Source of the DNA: Macrostomum lignano
Taxonomy: Eukaryota
Direction: 5' to 3'
DNA length: 64,000 nucleotides
Assembly (NCBI GenBank): GCA_002269645.1
Contig: NIVC01001067.1
Span: 3,946 to 67,945 of the forward strand
The notes under the pieces are model-generated. The model was given only the letters and a program-made list of their open reading frames with translations, ran no database searches and was not told where the DNA came from. Position numbers and translations under genes: made by a program. The stretch's first letter is position 1. The number at the start of each line of letters is the position of its first letter. Shown here piece after piece: positions 1-24,424 of this stretch.

Positions 1-799
1 TGTCCAAGAGGATGCTATTCTTTTATGAAGGAGCGCAATTGTTGCCAGGGCGATTGGCCCCTGTGCCTATGCCAGTGGGCTAAGAATAATTCAATAATAT
101 ACGAGGTTAGCAACAAAACGTGAACATCAACACGAGATTGTACTGACTCTAGACAACATATAAAACAGGTTTGATAATATATTTTGTAGAAATATAGTTA
201 GAATATAGTAGAAAGCTGTCGTGCACTCAACAGTGCCACAGACGCTTCCGAGGACTGAATGGTCAGCAACACTACTAATCTGTTATAAAATACCTTCTTC
301 TTGCGTCCGTCGCATCCGTCTTGTTAGCTGTTGCGAAGAGATGTGCAGCAATAAAGTATAATGCATTTGTGTATATTGGTGCCCATAAAAAACTGAGTAA
401 GAAAAACAAAGGTTGTTTTTATATCGCGGAACGGCCATCAACACGTTAATCTTTGGCGCAGAGAAGATCGAGTAAATTAATTACTTTAGTTACCCCCCCC
501 CCTTGCGTGCAACGCATTCAGGTTCAGGGCTATCCACAAGTGAAAATTTTCGCTAGGTAAAGATGGAGGTGCAAAGTAAGAAATACAATGTCAAAGGCAA
601 CTCGAAACGGCCACCCATGTCAACTAACTGACGTGTATTTGACGACAGAGCAGATCTGTCGGTTTTGACCATAAATTTAAGCTTGAACTCTATGAAAAAC
701 TGGACAACCGAACGTCTAATTGAAAGAATTGTAGTCACTTGAGGCAGCAGCCTATAATTAGTTCTTTGTATATATCTGGCTTTTTAGTTAAAGTTGACA

Positions 800-1143
800 C
801 TTGCACACTTTACGAACGTAAGCGACATTGTCACACAACTGGCGAGAGGCATTGCTGCCCATTAAGCCGACTCCCCTGAGCAGGCACACATGCGCGCAGA
901 TACGTACGTAGTCATATGCACAGGCCCACACTCACACAGGAGTGTACAGCGGCCCTAACTTTATTTATCGTTAAGCATGTACACTTCACTGTGCCTTGGG
1001 GGTTGGGCCTCGAGGACATTAATTGCACGAGCCGAGCCAAGCCGAGATTCCAATTTAGCCCCAAATTAATGTGACTGCACTTGGAATCTAGCCTGGGCCG
1101 CTGGCACATCAGAGCGCCTCACCAGACCACTGGGCTACGGCTT
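800..1143 (-). mobile_element. tRNA-derived SINE (degenerate)
   Basis: The minus strand reads GCCGTAGCCCAGTGG (pol III A-box, 1142-1128) and then GGCTAGATTCC (B-box-like, 1093-1083). There is no cloverleaf closure, about 300 bp of body follows, and the 3' end is approximate. Confidence 0.5.
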
Positions 1144-1271
1144 ACTTGACTTTACTAGCTGCAGGGGGCTCCGGGCATCCGGAAACAGTGGGGAGGCGTC
1201 GACCCTATTCTGAAAAAAACCCCTGCCATACAATAGCTGGTAAATCAAGTTACAGAGATTTCGTTTGCATA

Positions 1272-12193
<10,922 letters not shown>

Positions 12194-13139
12194 CTGCACA
12201 GCTGAGTTCAAGTTAGTTAAAACAGCTGTCACGTGTTGTTGCAGTAGAAATTGGAAGTTGAGCGGATTAACTAAAAGTTGATTGAAGCAGAGCAACTTTT
12301 AAAAGTCAGTTGACAATTAATTAGAACAGGTCTTGACTGAGAGTGCAGTTACAACTTGAACAGGTTTCAGATTGGCTTATTAGAACCAGCAAGAAACAAG
12401 AGAAGATAAGGGTTTTAGATTATTGAGCGTACTTGTCTATCGTGTAGTTTTAGAGGCAATACGACACTGCAGGACCCAGGTAGGTATATAGGTGTATGTA
12501 AAAATACGAGTAGGGGGGGGGGCAACTCCGCTTAAGACAAGGAAAGAGGGAGAATGAAGAATCTCTTACCTAAGGCCCGGCTAATGCTGAGGTCTCTCGC
12601 AGACACGAAGGAAAGAAAGGGACAGGCAGTCAGGGAGAGAAGGCGACAGAGGGCCGGTCAGACCGCATTGCGGGGCTTTGACTTTGTAGAGATGAGGAAC
12701 TATATAGGGTTAGGGATTTAAGGAAGAGGGGAAGCGAGAGACGGGATCTAGCCAACAGCGCAGATGCGATTTGTAGGGCCTGCCCGCGACAGCTCTCCTC
12801 CAGCTATGCAAACTGCAGTGTGGGAAAATCTCCCCTCCTCCCCCTCAGCGCGGGTTGGTGTACTTTCCGCAGCAGCCGGCTAAGCTCTCGGGGGCTGCAA
12901 CAGCCAGTCGGAGTGTACAGCGATCCGGGACAGACGCGAAACAGTAAAAAGAGAGGGGAAAAAGATTTTCGAGGCAATGGGATGGCAAGGGAGAAAGAAG
13001 GAAGGGGGGGGGGCAAGAAGCAGTGCCGGGAATTCTTTAGTCTGTAACTACCCCGAAGTTCCCCACATGGCGAATGGCTTTTAGTTTGTACGTGTTGCAG
13101 ATCTGTTGATCTCATTGAGGGCATGAGTTAAATGGATGA

Positions 13140-14240
13140 TCTGGGGTGACATTAGGGATTTGGGTGAGATTGAGGATCTGGGGGTGAGATTGAGGATCTG
13201 GAGTGAGATTAAGGATCTGGGGTGAGATTGAGGATCTGGGATTGAGATTAAGGATCTGGGGTGAGATTGAGGATCTAAGGTGAGATTAAGGATCTGGGGT
13301 GAGATTGAGGATCTAAGGTGAGATTAAGGATCTGGGGTGAGATTGAGGATCTAAGGTGAGATTAAGGATCTGGGGTGAGATTGAGGATCTGGGATGAGAT
13401 TGAGGATCTGGGATTGAGATTAAGGATCTGGGGTGAGATTGAGGATCTAAGGTGAGATTAAGGATCTGGGGTGAGATTGAGGATCTGGGGGCTGAGATTT
13501 TAGGGTCTGGGGTGCGATTGCAGAATCTGGGGTAAGATTGAGGATCTGGGGTGAGATTAAGGATCTGGGGTGAGATTGAGGATCTAAGGTGAGATTAAGG
13601 ATCTAGGGTGAGATTGAGGATCTGGGGGCTGAGATTGTAGGGTCTGGGGTGCGATTGCAGAATCTGGGGTAAGATTGAGGATCTGGGGTGAGATTAAGGA
13701 TCTGGGGTGAGATTGAGGATCTGGGGTGAGATTGAGGATCTGGAGTGGGATTAAGGATCTGGGGTGAGATTGAGGATCTGGGGTAAGATTATAGGGTCTG
13801 GGGTGAGATTGCAGAATCTGGGGTGAGATTGTAGGATCTGGGTAAGATTGAGGATCTGGGGTGAGATTAAGGATCTGGGGTGAGATTGTAGGATCTGGGG
13901 TGAGATTGCAGAATCTATGGTGAGATTGTAGGATCTGGGAGTGAGATTGTAGGATCTGGGATGAGATTAAGGGATCTGGGGTGAGATTGTAGGACTGGGG
14001 TGAGATTGTAGGATCTGGGAGTGAGATTGTAGGATCTGGGATGAGGTTGTAGGATCTGGGATGAGGTTGTAGGATCTGGGATGAGGTTGTAGGATCTGGG
14101 ATGAGATTGTAGGTTCTGGGGTGAGATTGTAGGAACTCGGGTGAGATTGTAGGATCTGGGGTGAAATTGGGGATATAGGGTTAGATCGTAGGATCTGGGG
14201 TGAGATTGAGACATCTCGGGTGAGATTGAGACATCTAGCA
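13140..14240. repeat. ~20-bp minisatellite (GGGGTGAGATTGAGGATCTG)
   Basis: More than 50 degenerate copies; the core is the reverse complement of the 10262-10660 core. Confidence 0.92.
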
Positions 14241-14649
14241 CTTTCTGCCGTAAATTAAATCTTAAACTATATGCAGCTAGCGATAGCTGTTTTGGTCCAT
14301 GTTTTGATGCAGCCATCCGTTTTGAAATCCGGCATGGGCTACCGCTCCAAGCTCGCCTAGAACCCTCCGTGACCGTACTCAATGCTCATATACGAAACAG
14401 CTTTCAATGTGGCACCCCCAGTTTGCTCTTCTCTGTCTGCTCCACCAGTGCACTCAATTTCGATACAGCAGAGCTAACGGGAGTATTGGCTACGAGCCAA
14501 AACATTCTGTATGCTCTCATTTTGTGCTTAACAACTGATCACCGCCTTATAAGCATTGATTCGAGGACCGCACAGTCACAGTGTGACAATGCCCAATGAT
14601 CTGCGATTTTTATTGAGACAGTAAAAGCATAGTATAGTGACAAAGCAAA

Positions 14650-15505
<856 letters not shown>

Positions 15506-15626
15506 GCAAGCCGAACTAGAAAATAAAGTGTCTTGTATACGACTAAGATATAGAGGAGAAAGAGAGAAAGTGACAGAGCGAGATCAGAGTACAACACTGG
15601 CACAGGGAGGTACATAAAATGTTTAC

Positions 15627-15700
15627 AAGTTGTTAAGAGAGAAAAGTGCCGCTGCTTTAATGACCTCCAAATCCACACGGTTTTTACCGTAGTCTGACAT
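15627..15700 (-). CDS. Candidate upstream coding exon of the RhoGAP gene (MSDYGKNRVDLEVIKAAALFSLNN)
   Basis: There is an acceptor AAAACAG at 15721-22, an ATG at 15700 and a donor GTAAAC at 15626 (phase 2). The peptide loosely resembles the N-terminal helix of ARHGAP29/45. I could not identify the bridging exon to 12193. Confidence 0.35.
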
Positions 15701-16429
15701 AGTTGACTGCTAGTACGTCGCTGTTTTATTAAGTAGGTGTTTGATAAATACTTGTGTATCACATCGGCACAATACTAGAATATAGATATACCATACGGCA
15801 AAAAATATATTTTATTCTCAACTAACAATTTTGCGTGATTCGAAGCAGCGAAATTGCTAAAGACAACTTTAGAAAAAGCTGGTTGAGAAACAGCAATCTA
15901 GTAATTAAAGAAGAATGCGTGAAATCGTCTATTTCGCAGCTGATAGAATTACCATTTTTAGTCTGAACTGTTTGAGCTTATTTACATGACGATTCGGAGA
16001 AAGAAAATATTAATTCTGAATGGATACTAGATTCTGAAAGGTCAAACAAAACAATTTAATTACATGTTAAAGAATCTTGGAAAATTAAAGAGAAGGCATT
16101 GACGACTTCGGCTCCTAATTATGTTTAACAGATGGATGCAACTGCTGAACGTCAGTGATGCAGTAGTTGTATAATGACTAGCATTTTTTCTGTTCGATTG
16201 TACTATTATTATTTATAGAACTTTCTAGTAGTAATGGACTAGCACACGATGCCCTCTTTAGGGGGAGGGGGCGTATGTTTGAAACCACCACTGCTTTCTT
16301 TTTAAAGACAGAGTCGGGTACAGTTAATTCATTCAAACGGGCGCAATATCTATGCATTTAAATCAATAATGCCAAACAACCCCTGAAATCTCACCTTTCC
16401 CTTATGAAGGGAAATAATAGGGAAGAAGG

Positions 16430-18200
16430 GAAGCAACTCCCTATTGAGCCATGGCATATCAGCAACTCCCTATTGAGCCTTGGCATCTCAGCAACTCCCT
16501 ATTGAGCCATGGCATCTCAGCAACTCCCTATTGAGCCTTGGCATCTCAGCAACTCCCTATTGAGCCTTGGCATCTCAGCAACTCCTACCCTTGAGCCTTG
16601 GCATCTCAGCAACTCCTACCCTTGAGCCTTGGCATCTCAGCAACTCCCTATTGAGCCATGGCATCTCAGCAACTCCCTATTGAGCCTTGGCATCTCAGCA
16701 ACTCCCTATTGAGCCTTGGCATCTCAGCAACTCCCTCTTGAGCATTGGCATCTCAGCAACTCCCTATTGAGCCATGGCATCTCAGCAACTCCCTATTGAG
16801 CCATGGCATCTCAGCAACTCCCTATTGAGCCTTGGCATCTCAGCAACTCCCTATTGAGCCTTGGCATCTCAGCAACTCCTACCCTTGAGCCTTGGCATCT
16901 CAGCAACTCCTACCCTTGAGCCTTGGCATCTCAGCAACTCCCTATTGAGCCATGGCATCTCAGCAACTCCCTATTGAGCCTTGGCATCTCAGCAACTCCC
17001 TATTGAGCCTTGGCATCTCAGCAACTCCTACCCTTGAGCCTTGGCATCTCAGCAACTCCTACCCTTGAGCCTTGGCATCTCAGCAACTCCCTCTTGAGCC
17101 TTGGCATCTCAGTAACTCCTACCCTTGAGCCTTGGCATCTCAGCAACTCCTACCCTTGAGCCTTGGCATCTCAGCAACTCCCTCTTGAGCCTTGGCATCT
17201 CAGTAACTCCTACCCTTGAGCCTTGGCATCTCAGCAACTCCCTCTTGAGCATTGGCATCTCAGCAACTCCCTATTGAGCATTGGCATCTCAGCAACTCCC
17301 TATTGAGCATTGGCATCTCAGCAACTCCCTATTGAGCCTTGGCATCTCAGTAACTCCCTATTGAGCCATGGCATCTCAGCAACTCCCTCTTGAGCCTTGG
17401 CATCTCAGTAACTCCTACCCTTGAGCCTTGGCATCTCAGCAACTCCCTATTGAGCCTTGGCATCTCAGCAACTCCCTATTGAGCCTTGGCATCTCAGCAA
17501 CTCCCTCTTGAGCCTTGGCATCTCAGTAACTCCTACCCTTGAGCCTTGGCATCTCAGCAACTCCCTCTTGAGCATTGGCATCTCAGCAACTCCCTATTGA
17601 GCATTGGCATCTCAGCAACTCCCTATTGAGCATTGGCATCTCAGCAACTCCCTATTGAGCCTTGGCATCTCAGCAACTCCCTATTGAGCCTTGGCATCTC
17701 AGCAACTCCTACCCTTGAGCCTTGGCATCTCAGTAACTCCTACCCTTGAGCCTTGGCATCTCAGTAACTCCTACCCTTGAGCCTTGGCATCTCAGCAACT
17801 CCCTCTTGAGCCTTGGCATCTCAGTAACTCCTACCCTTGAGCCTTGGCATCTCAGCAACTCCCTCTTGAGCCTTGGCATCTCAGTAACTCCTACCCTTGA
17901 GCCTTGGCATCTCAGTAACTCCTACCCTTGAGCCTTGGCATCTCAGTAACTCCTACCCTTGAGCCTTGGCATCTCAGTAACTCCTACCCTTGAGCCTTGG
18001 CATCTCAGTAACTCCTACCCTTGAGCCTTGGCATCTCAGCAACTCCTACCCTTGAGCCTTGGCATCTCAGTAACTCCTACCCTTGAGCCTTGGCATCTCA
18101 GCAACTCCTACCCTTGAGCCTTGGCATCTCAGTAACTCCTACCCTTGAGCCTTGGCATCTCAACAACTCCCTATTGAGCCTTGGCATCTCAGCAATACCC
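16430..18200. repeat. 29/31-bp minisatellite (GAGCCTTGGCATCTCAGCAACTCCCTATT and ...CTCCTACCCTT variants), ~60 copies
   Basis: Direct tandem array with interspersed variant units. Confidence 0.97.
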
Positions 18201-18951
18201 TTGAACAGTACATTGCAGGGTAAAGTGTTAGGCCCCGGCAGCTGCTACTAATATCCGATCCATACATACGACATTAACTACCGTGCTTGTATGCCTTTGG
18301 TGGTGCAATGGCTCGCGAACCAAGCAGTTCAGTCTGGCCTTCAACACCAGAAGCCACGAAGGCCTTCGCTAGCTTACTATCTTTCCAATAGGCCATATTC
18401 TACCCCATTCCCTTTCCCATCGGTCAAAAAGCATATTTTTTCTCGCATTCCCTCCCAGCCAACCTTACCCTTGTATATCCCCTCCTTCCTCTTCTCCTTT
18501 ATCACTACACATCCCATGCCCTATAATACCTGCTTTGCACTGCCAGTTGGCATTCATTGATTCAGTCATTCTGTCTGTCTGCCTGTCTCTGCTGCTAGCA
18601 GACTGTTATTCTTTCGAATCTAAGCCTACCTAATATATATTAATATATGTAGCTGCAATATTGAAATTGCCTGGAAAAGTTTCTTTCTTCTATAACAATT
18701 TCATAGCATAGCAAAGTATAAGCATAGAAATGTCGCTTACGAACGCAAAGCCAAAATATTTTTTGATACAAACTGAACCTACTTTTACCGGAATTAATAA
18801 ATTTCTGCGGCTTTCATATAAAAATAGCGAGGGTGAACAAAACGGAGGCCGCTAGATTGAGAGAAGATTGAGAGAGAGAGAGGGAGGGGAAGAGTTAGAG
18901 AATTTGGCGGCGTTCATTTGCCTGATTTGGCTGCCTCTCTTGGTCTGCGTT

Positions 18952-18959
18952 TATTTATA
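18952..18959 (-). promoter_or_regulatory. Candidate TATA box (TATAAATA) of an alternative minus-strand promoter
   Basis: It is preceded on the minus strand by a GC-rich block with GGGGGGCGGCGGG (~19095-19115) and followed ~35 nt later by TCAGGC (Inr-like). Confidence 0.3.
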
Positions 18960-19519
18960 GCTCAAAAAAGTAGAAAAACTCGATGTCTGCTATAATATGC
19001 GATCTTTTATATGCGTATATTTGTATATAAGCAAATGTATTATATATCTTTCCACTCTAAACGTCAGTTTGTGTGTGTTGGAAGCCGGCAGTCCCCGGCA
19101 CATTCGCCCAAAAACCCGCCGCCCCCCCACGCCGCGCCTCCAACCACCGCGGAAGTCTTTCTCCCTCGGGGCAATGGGATTTTGGAAGTCAAGAGAGAAT
19201 CCAGTGAGGAAGAAGAAGAAAGAGAAGTAAGGAGAGTGGTTGGCGAGGCGAAATTGGGGCGAAAAAAGAATTGCGAAAAAGGGCGCAGATAGAATTCAGA
19301 CTGGCAAAGGCGAGTCTCTCTTTCTATGCCTAGCAACTGGAATAGGATGAATAGGGCTGAAGTTTTTCTCGTTTTCTCTCCCTTTCTGGCTTTTCCCAAT
19401 TCCTTCCTCTGACTTTTGCTTCCCCATTGGGTTGAAGTAGTATCTTGCATAGTAGCATAGGTAGAATATGCCTGCTGGTATGGTTGGTTTGAGGCACTCG
19501 GAGAGATAGTTAGCTTTCT

Positions 19520-20740
19520 CATTGTGTGAGGCCAGTGAACACTGACTGCCTCATTGTGTGAGGCCAGTGAACACTGACTGTCTCATTGTGTGAGGCCAGT
19601 GAACACTGACTGTCTCATTGTGAGGCCAGTGAACACTGACTATCTCACTGTGTGAGGCCAGTGAACACTGACTGTCTCATTGTGAGGCCAGTGAACACTG
19701 ACTGTCTCATTGTGAGGCCAGTGAACACTGACTGTCTCATTGTGTGAGGCCAGTGAACACTGACTGTCTCATTGTGTGAGGCCAGTGAACACTGACTGTC
19801 TCATTGTGTGAGGCCAGTGAACACTGACTGTCTCATTGTGAGGCCAGTGAACACTGACTGTCTCATTGTGAGGCCAGTGAACACTGACTGTCTCATTGTG
19901 TGAGGCCAGTGAACACTGACTGTCTCATTGTGTGAGGCCAGTGAACACTGACTGTCTCATTGTGTGAGGCCAGTGAACACTGACTGTCTCATTGTGTGAG
20001 GCCAGTGAACACTGACTGTCTCATTGTGAGGCCAGTGAACACTGACTATCTCACTGTGTGAGGCCAGTGAACACTGACTGTCTCATTGTGAGGCCAGTGA
20101 ACACTGACTGTCTCATTGTGAGGCCAGTGAACACTGACTGTCTCATTGTGTGAGGCCAGTGAACACTGACTGTCTCATTGTGTGAGGCCAGTGAACACTG
20201 ACTGTCTCATTGTGTGAGGCCAGTGAACACTGACTGTCTCATTGTGAGGCCAGTGAACACTGACTGTCTCATTGTGAGGCCAGTGAACACTGACTGTCTC
20301 ATTGTGTGAGGCCAGTGAACACTGACTGTCTCATTGTGTGAGGCCAGTGAACACTGACTGTCTCATTGTGTGAGACCAGTGAACACTGACTGCCTCATTG
20401 TGAGGCCAGTGAACACTGACTGTCTCATTGTGTGAGACCAGTGAACACTGACTGTCTCATTGTGTGTGGCCAGTGAACACTGACTGTCTCATTGTGTGAG
20501 GCCAGTGAACACTGACTGTCTCATTGTGTGAGACCAGTGAACACTGACTGCCTCATTGTGAGGCCAGTGAACACTGACTGTCTCATTGTGTGAGACCAGT
20601 GAACACTGACTGTCTCATTGTGTGTGGCCAGTGAACACTGACTGTCTCATTGTGTGAGGCCAGTGAACACTGACTGTCTCATGGTGTGAAGCCAGTGAAC
20701 ACTGACTGTCTCATTGTGTGAGACCAGTGAACACTGTTCA
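19520..20740. repeat. 32/30-bp minisatellite (GTGTGAGGCCAGTGAACACTGACTGTCTCATT), ~38 copies, self-complementary unit
   Basis: Direct tandem array with no unique spacers. Confidence 0.97.
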
Positions 20741-20745
20741 CTTAC

Positions 20746-21151
20746 ACTGTTTCAGATCAGGTCTTTGTAAAGAATTCCGCATCTTTAATTGTTAATAATA
20801 CAAAATCTATCGTTTTGAGCAAAAGACTCAATGTTTTAGTGGCTTCACTGAGCTAAAAATCAGCAAAAAAGATCATTGACCTGGTATAAATTCCTTAAGT
20901 CAGTGCTAAACCCTAATCGCATGTGCCATTTTTTTGTCTAACTTGCTATACTGAGTTGACATATGGAGGGTTTCAACAACTACATACCAAATTCAGATAG
21001 AGCATATTCAAATTGACAAATTAATTAAAACTTACCTGTAGATGTTAGAATCAACCGAATAAGGTAAAAAATCAGAAATAAAAAGATAGTGAGAGTCCGG
21101 ACCCAACGCGCACAGCTAAAACAGCTCTGCGCAGACTCCTCTGCTTTTATA
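20746..21151 (-). promoter_or_regulatory. Candidate TATA promoter with two 5' exons (~21036-21118 and 20746-20852), probably the distal start of the RhoGAP gene
   Basis: TATAAAAG at 21151-21144; donor CAG|GTAAGT at 21035; acceptor TCTTTTTTGCTGATTTTTAG at 20853-54; donor GTAAGT at 20745. Confidence 0.45.
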
Positions 21152-21494
21152 CTATCAGCTTTTGCCTGCTCATGAAGCATGAAGCATTCACTGAGAGATC
21201 AACAAACACGCCGCTTCCCATTTGCAGATATTTTTAGTTTCTCGGGGCTAGGCTGCGCATTTTTAACTAATACGTCAGGTCATCCGCGTCATGCCGCCCC
21301 ATTCTCATTCCAACGCTAAAGCAGAAAACTACAGACATTTAATAAAACTAGCTCTTTAAATATTAAATACCGAAACTACTTTGCCAATTTTATTCATTTA
21401 TTGGTTTATCTACACCAACTAGTAAATCATAACCCACTACGACGAAAAGAAAAAATTTGTAAGTAAATTCAGAGATTCCTGACTCATTCCTTGA

Positions 21495-21755
21495 GCTGTA
21501 GCATTTCAGCAACACCCCACTGAGCCTTGGCATTTCAGCAACTCCCCACTGAGCCTTGGCATTTCAGCAACTCCCCACTGAGCCTTGGCATTTCAGCAAC
21601 TCCCCACTGAGCCTTGGCATTTCAGCAACTCCCCACTGAGCCTTGGCATTTCAGCAACTCCCCACTGAGCCTTGGCATTTCAGCAACTCCCCACTGAGCC
21701 TTGGCATTTCAGCAACTCCCCACTGAGCCTTGGCATCTCAGCAACCGTCCCACCG
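21495..21755. repeat. 29-bp minisatellite (GAGCCTTGGCATTTCAGCAACTCCCCACT), ~8 copies
   Basis: Direct array; sister of the 16430-18200 unit. Confidence 0.95.
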
Positions 21756-22424
21756 TTGAGCCTAGGCTTTATACTGGATAACGCCTTAATTTTTTTTATT
21801 TTCTGTTCGACTAGAACTGCAATGGAAGGAAATAAAGAATCCCAGCATAATCCTAGGATCATCCGCCGAAAAAGTCTGAGAAAGTACAAGTAGTCCTGGC
21901 TCAAAATATATTGAAAACAAAAAAAGAATCGAAAATCGTCAAACGAAAGTTTCCGGCTTCACCTAGTCTGCAGTCCACGCCGGTTTTTCACATCGATTCG
22001 TCCGTCTTCTTTCAACTTCAACGGCCTGTTTTTCACTCAATCACCCCCCCCCCTCCGCTGGGTATCGCTGACTGCAGCTGCACAAGTCAAAACCGTCTCA
22101 CTGCCCCCCCCCTAATGCCGAGTCCTCTATACTGCGAGCTCTCATCCCAGGCTCTTCCTTCATCTGTCCTGCTTCTCGAGGCTCCTCCTCCTCCTCCCAC
22201 TCCGCCCCCTCCCCCTTCAAGCCCCCTTCGAGAGCGGCTTGCGTCAACGGCTCGAGCAGCCCGCGTGCGTCAGAGGCAGGTGGGAAAATGATACACCTGC
22301 GGCTGCGATTCTAAAATCAGGCCGGTGCTGCGATGCATTCCCCCCTTCTTTGCTTCCGACAGCGAATGATGCATAACACTGCGCGCCGGCCTTGAGTCTG
22401 TTTTTATGCTCATCAATGACTCAG

Positions 22425-22496
22425 TTAGTCAATCAATCAATCAGTCGGCTAATCAGTCAATAAGTCAGTCTATCAATCAATCAGTCAATCAATCAG

Positions 22497-22537
<41 letters not shown>

Positions 22538-22680
22538 TAGTCAATTAGCTAATCAGTCAATCAGTAAAACACCTAAACCCACTATCCTAATTACATCAAT
22601 ATATGAATGGATCAACCAGTCAATCAATCAATCAGTCAATCAATCAATCAATCAGCTAATCAGTCAATCAGTCAACCACC
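22425..22680. repeat. Degenerate (AATC)n microsatellite
   Basis: TCAATCAATC runs. Confidence 0.85.
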
Positions 22681-23409
22681 CAAACCCACTATCCAATTAC
22701 ATAGGTCTATGAATGGATCAGTTAGTCAGTTAGTCAATAAACTGGCTGGTCAACTATCCATCTGTTATAAAGCGCTCACTGAAAAGAGCACCGTGAACTG
22801 TCACTGTGAGTGAGAACTAATTACTGCTAATAATTTTTCTTTAGTGATTTTTTAAACTAGTTTTCAATGTCTCTGTCTCTACACTAATCTGGCTCTTACT
22901 GGTACGCTCGTACAAATAGCGACCAATTCAACTAGGGCCTAATAAACTAATTGTGTAAGTAGGCTATCTAGAAAGCAATTTTTTATCATTTATTTATTTA
23001 CATCATTTTTGTCATTTTGTTCTTCCTTAAGGCTATTTTTATCATAAGTCCCTGGCTAGTCGAGCATATGCACTCGGTCCCTCACGTCTGCCCCCCCCCC
23101 CCCTGCTGTGACGGCAAAGATATCGAGCACAAGGACTCGCTTCCCAGCATTTTATTCTATTTTTAACATTCGCTAATCCACTAGCCCCTGTCTCGAAGGA
23201 AAAAATAACATTGGGTGGGTGGACAGGACTATACAAGAAAAGGTGTCTGTCGTTTCGACAGCACACTCATTGACGTCATTGAAGTTTTTTAGCCCTCCGA
23301 GCTCCTTTGCTTGTTGCTTGTTTAATCCAGAGGCGCTAAATTTAAAATGATTGCTGCCAACTGTCAATAAGTTTGGATGGGGATCCTGATTGCTTATTTG
23401 TGCTGCGTT

Positions 23410-23760
23410 TTTAGCATTAGGCATCGAGTCTACCCCCATTAGGCATCGAGTCTACCCCCATTAGGCATCGAGTCTACCCTCATTAGGCATCGAGTCTACC
23501 CTCATTAGGCATCGGGTCTACCCTCATTAGGCATCGGGTCTACCCTCATTAAGCATGGAGTCTACCCTCATTAGGCATCGAGTCTACCCTCATTATGCAT
23601 CGAGTCCACCCTCATTAGGCATCGGGTCTACCCTCATTAGGCATCGAGTCTACCCTCATTAGGCATCGAGTCTACCCTCATTATATCAGGCATCGAGTCT
23701 ACCATCATTAGACATCGAGTCTACCCTCATTAGACCTCGAGTCTACCCTCATTAGGCATA
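23410..23760. repeat. 22-bp minisatellite (AGGCATCGAGTCTACCCTCATT), ~15 copies
   Basis: Direct tandem array. Confidence 0.95.
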
Positions 23761-24424
23761 TAGTTCTGTATATGTTTTGCAATAATTTTGCGTTCAATAC
23801 AATTAGGAGTAATTAATATACTCGTAGCTGCAAATTAGGTTTTATTCTGAAAGATTTACACTCATTGATATTTGCTAAATTATACATTTTATAATCCCTG
23901 CATGCACTCAAGTTGAACTTCATCAATAGCTATATTTATGATTTTACAACACACAACATGGTTTACTTTGATAGCTATACACCAAAATTTTGGCCCGTTA
24001 ATTCTCACTACATTTATATATTTTAATGTGTACTCATTATTTAACCATCTATATATACATGTGGCTGTATAATTTAGGACTGTGTACCCGGAACACACTA
24101 AATGTTTAGCAAGCACAAGCAGCTTACGCATTATAGCCATATACATTAGACTGATAGTAACCATAAAGACATGCAAGTTTTCGCGGAATTAATAGGAAGC
24201 AAAATTTTCAACTATTCGATAAATTTGCTTGCCCAGCAATTACTCAAATCGCTGTTCGACAAAGTCAATAAATAGGTTTAGTCAGTCTCTATGACTATAG
24301 ATACATTTTAAATTTAGGCCACCCTATTCTATTAATGTTACTTATACAGTAGAACTTTGGGTCATGAATATGTTTCTGAAATAGATTATTTTATATCCAG
24401 GAGTAGTTATGCTCTTTTAATAAA

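Noticed and set aside
23889-24176. 95-aa minus-strand ORF
   Set aside because: AT-rich, no splice signals or recognisable domain, and composition unlike the real exons.
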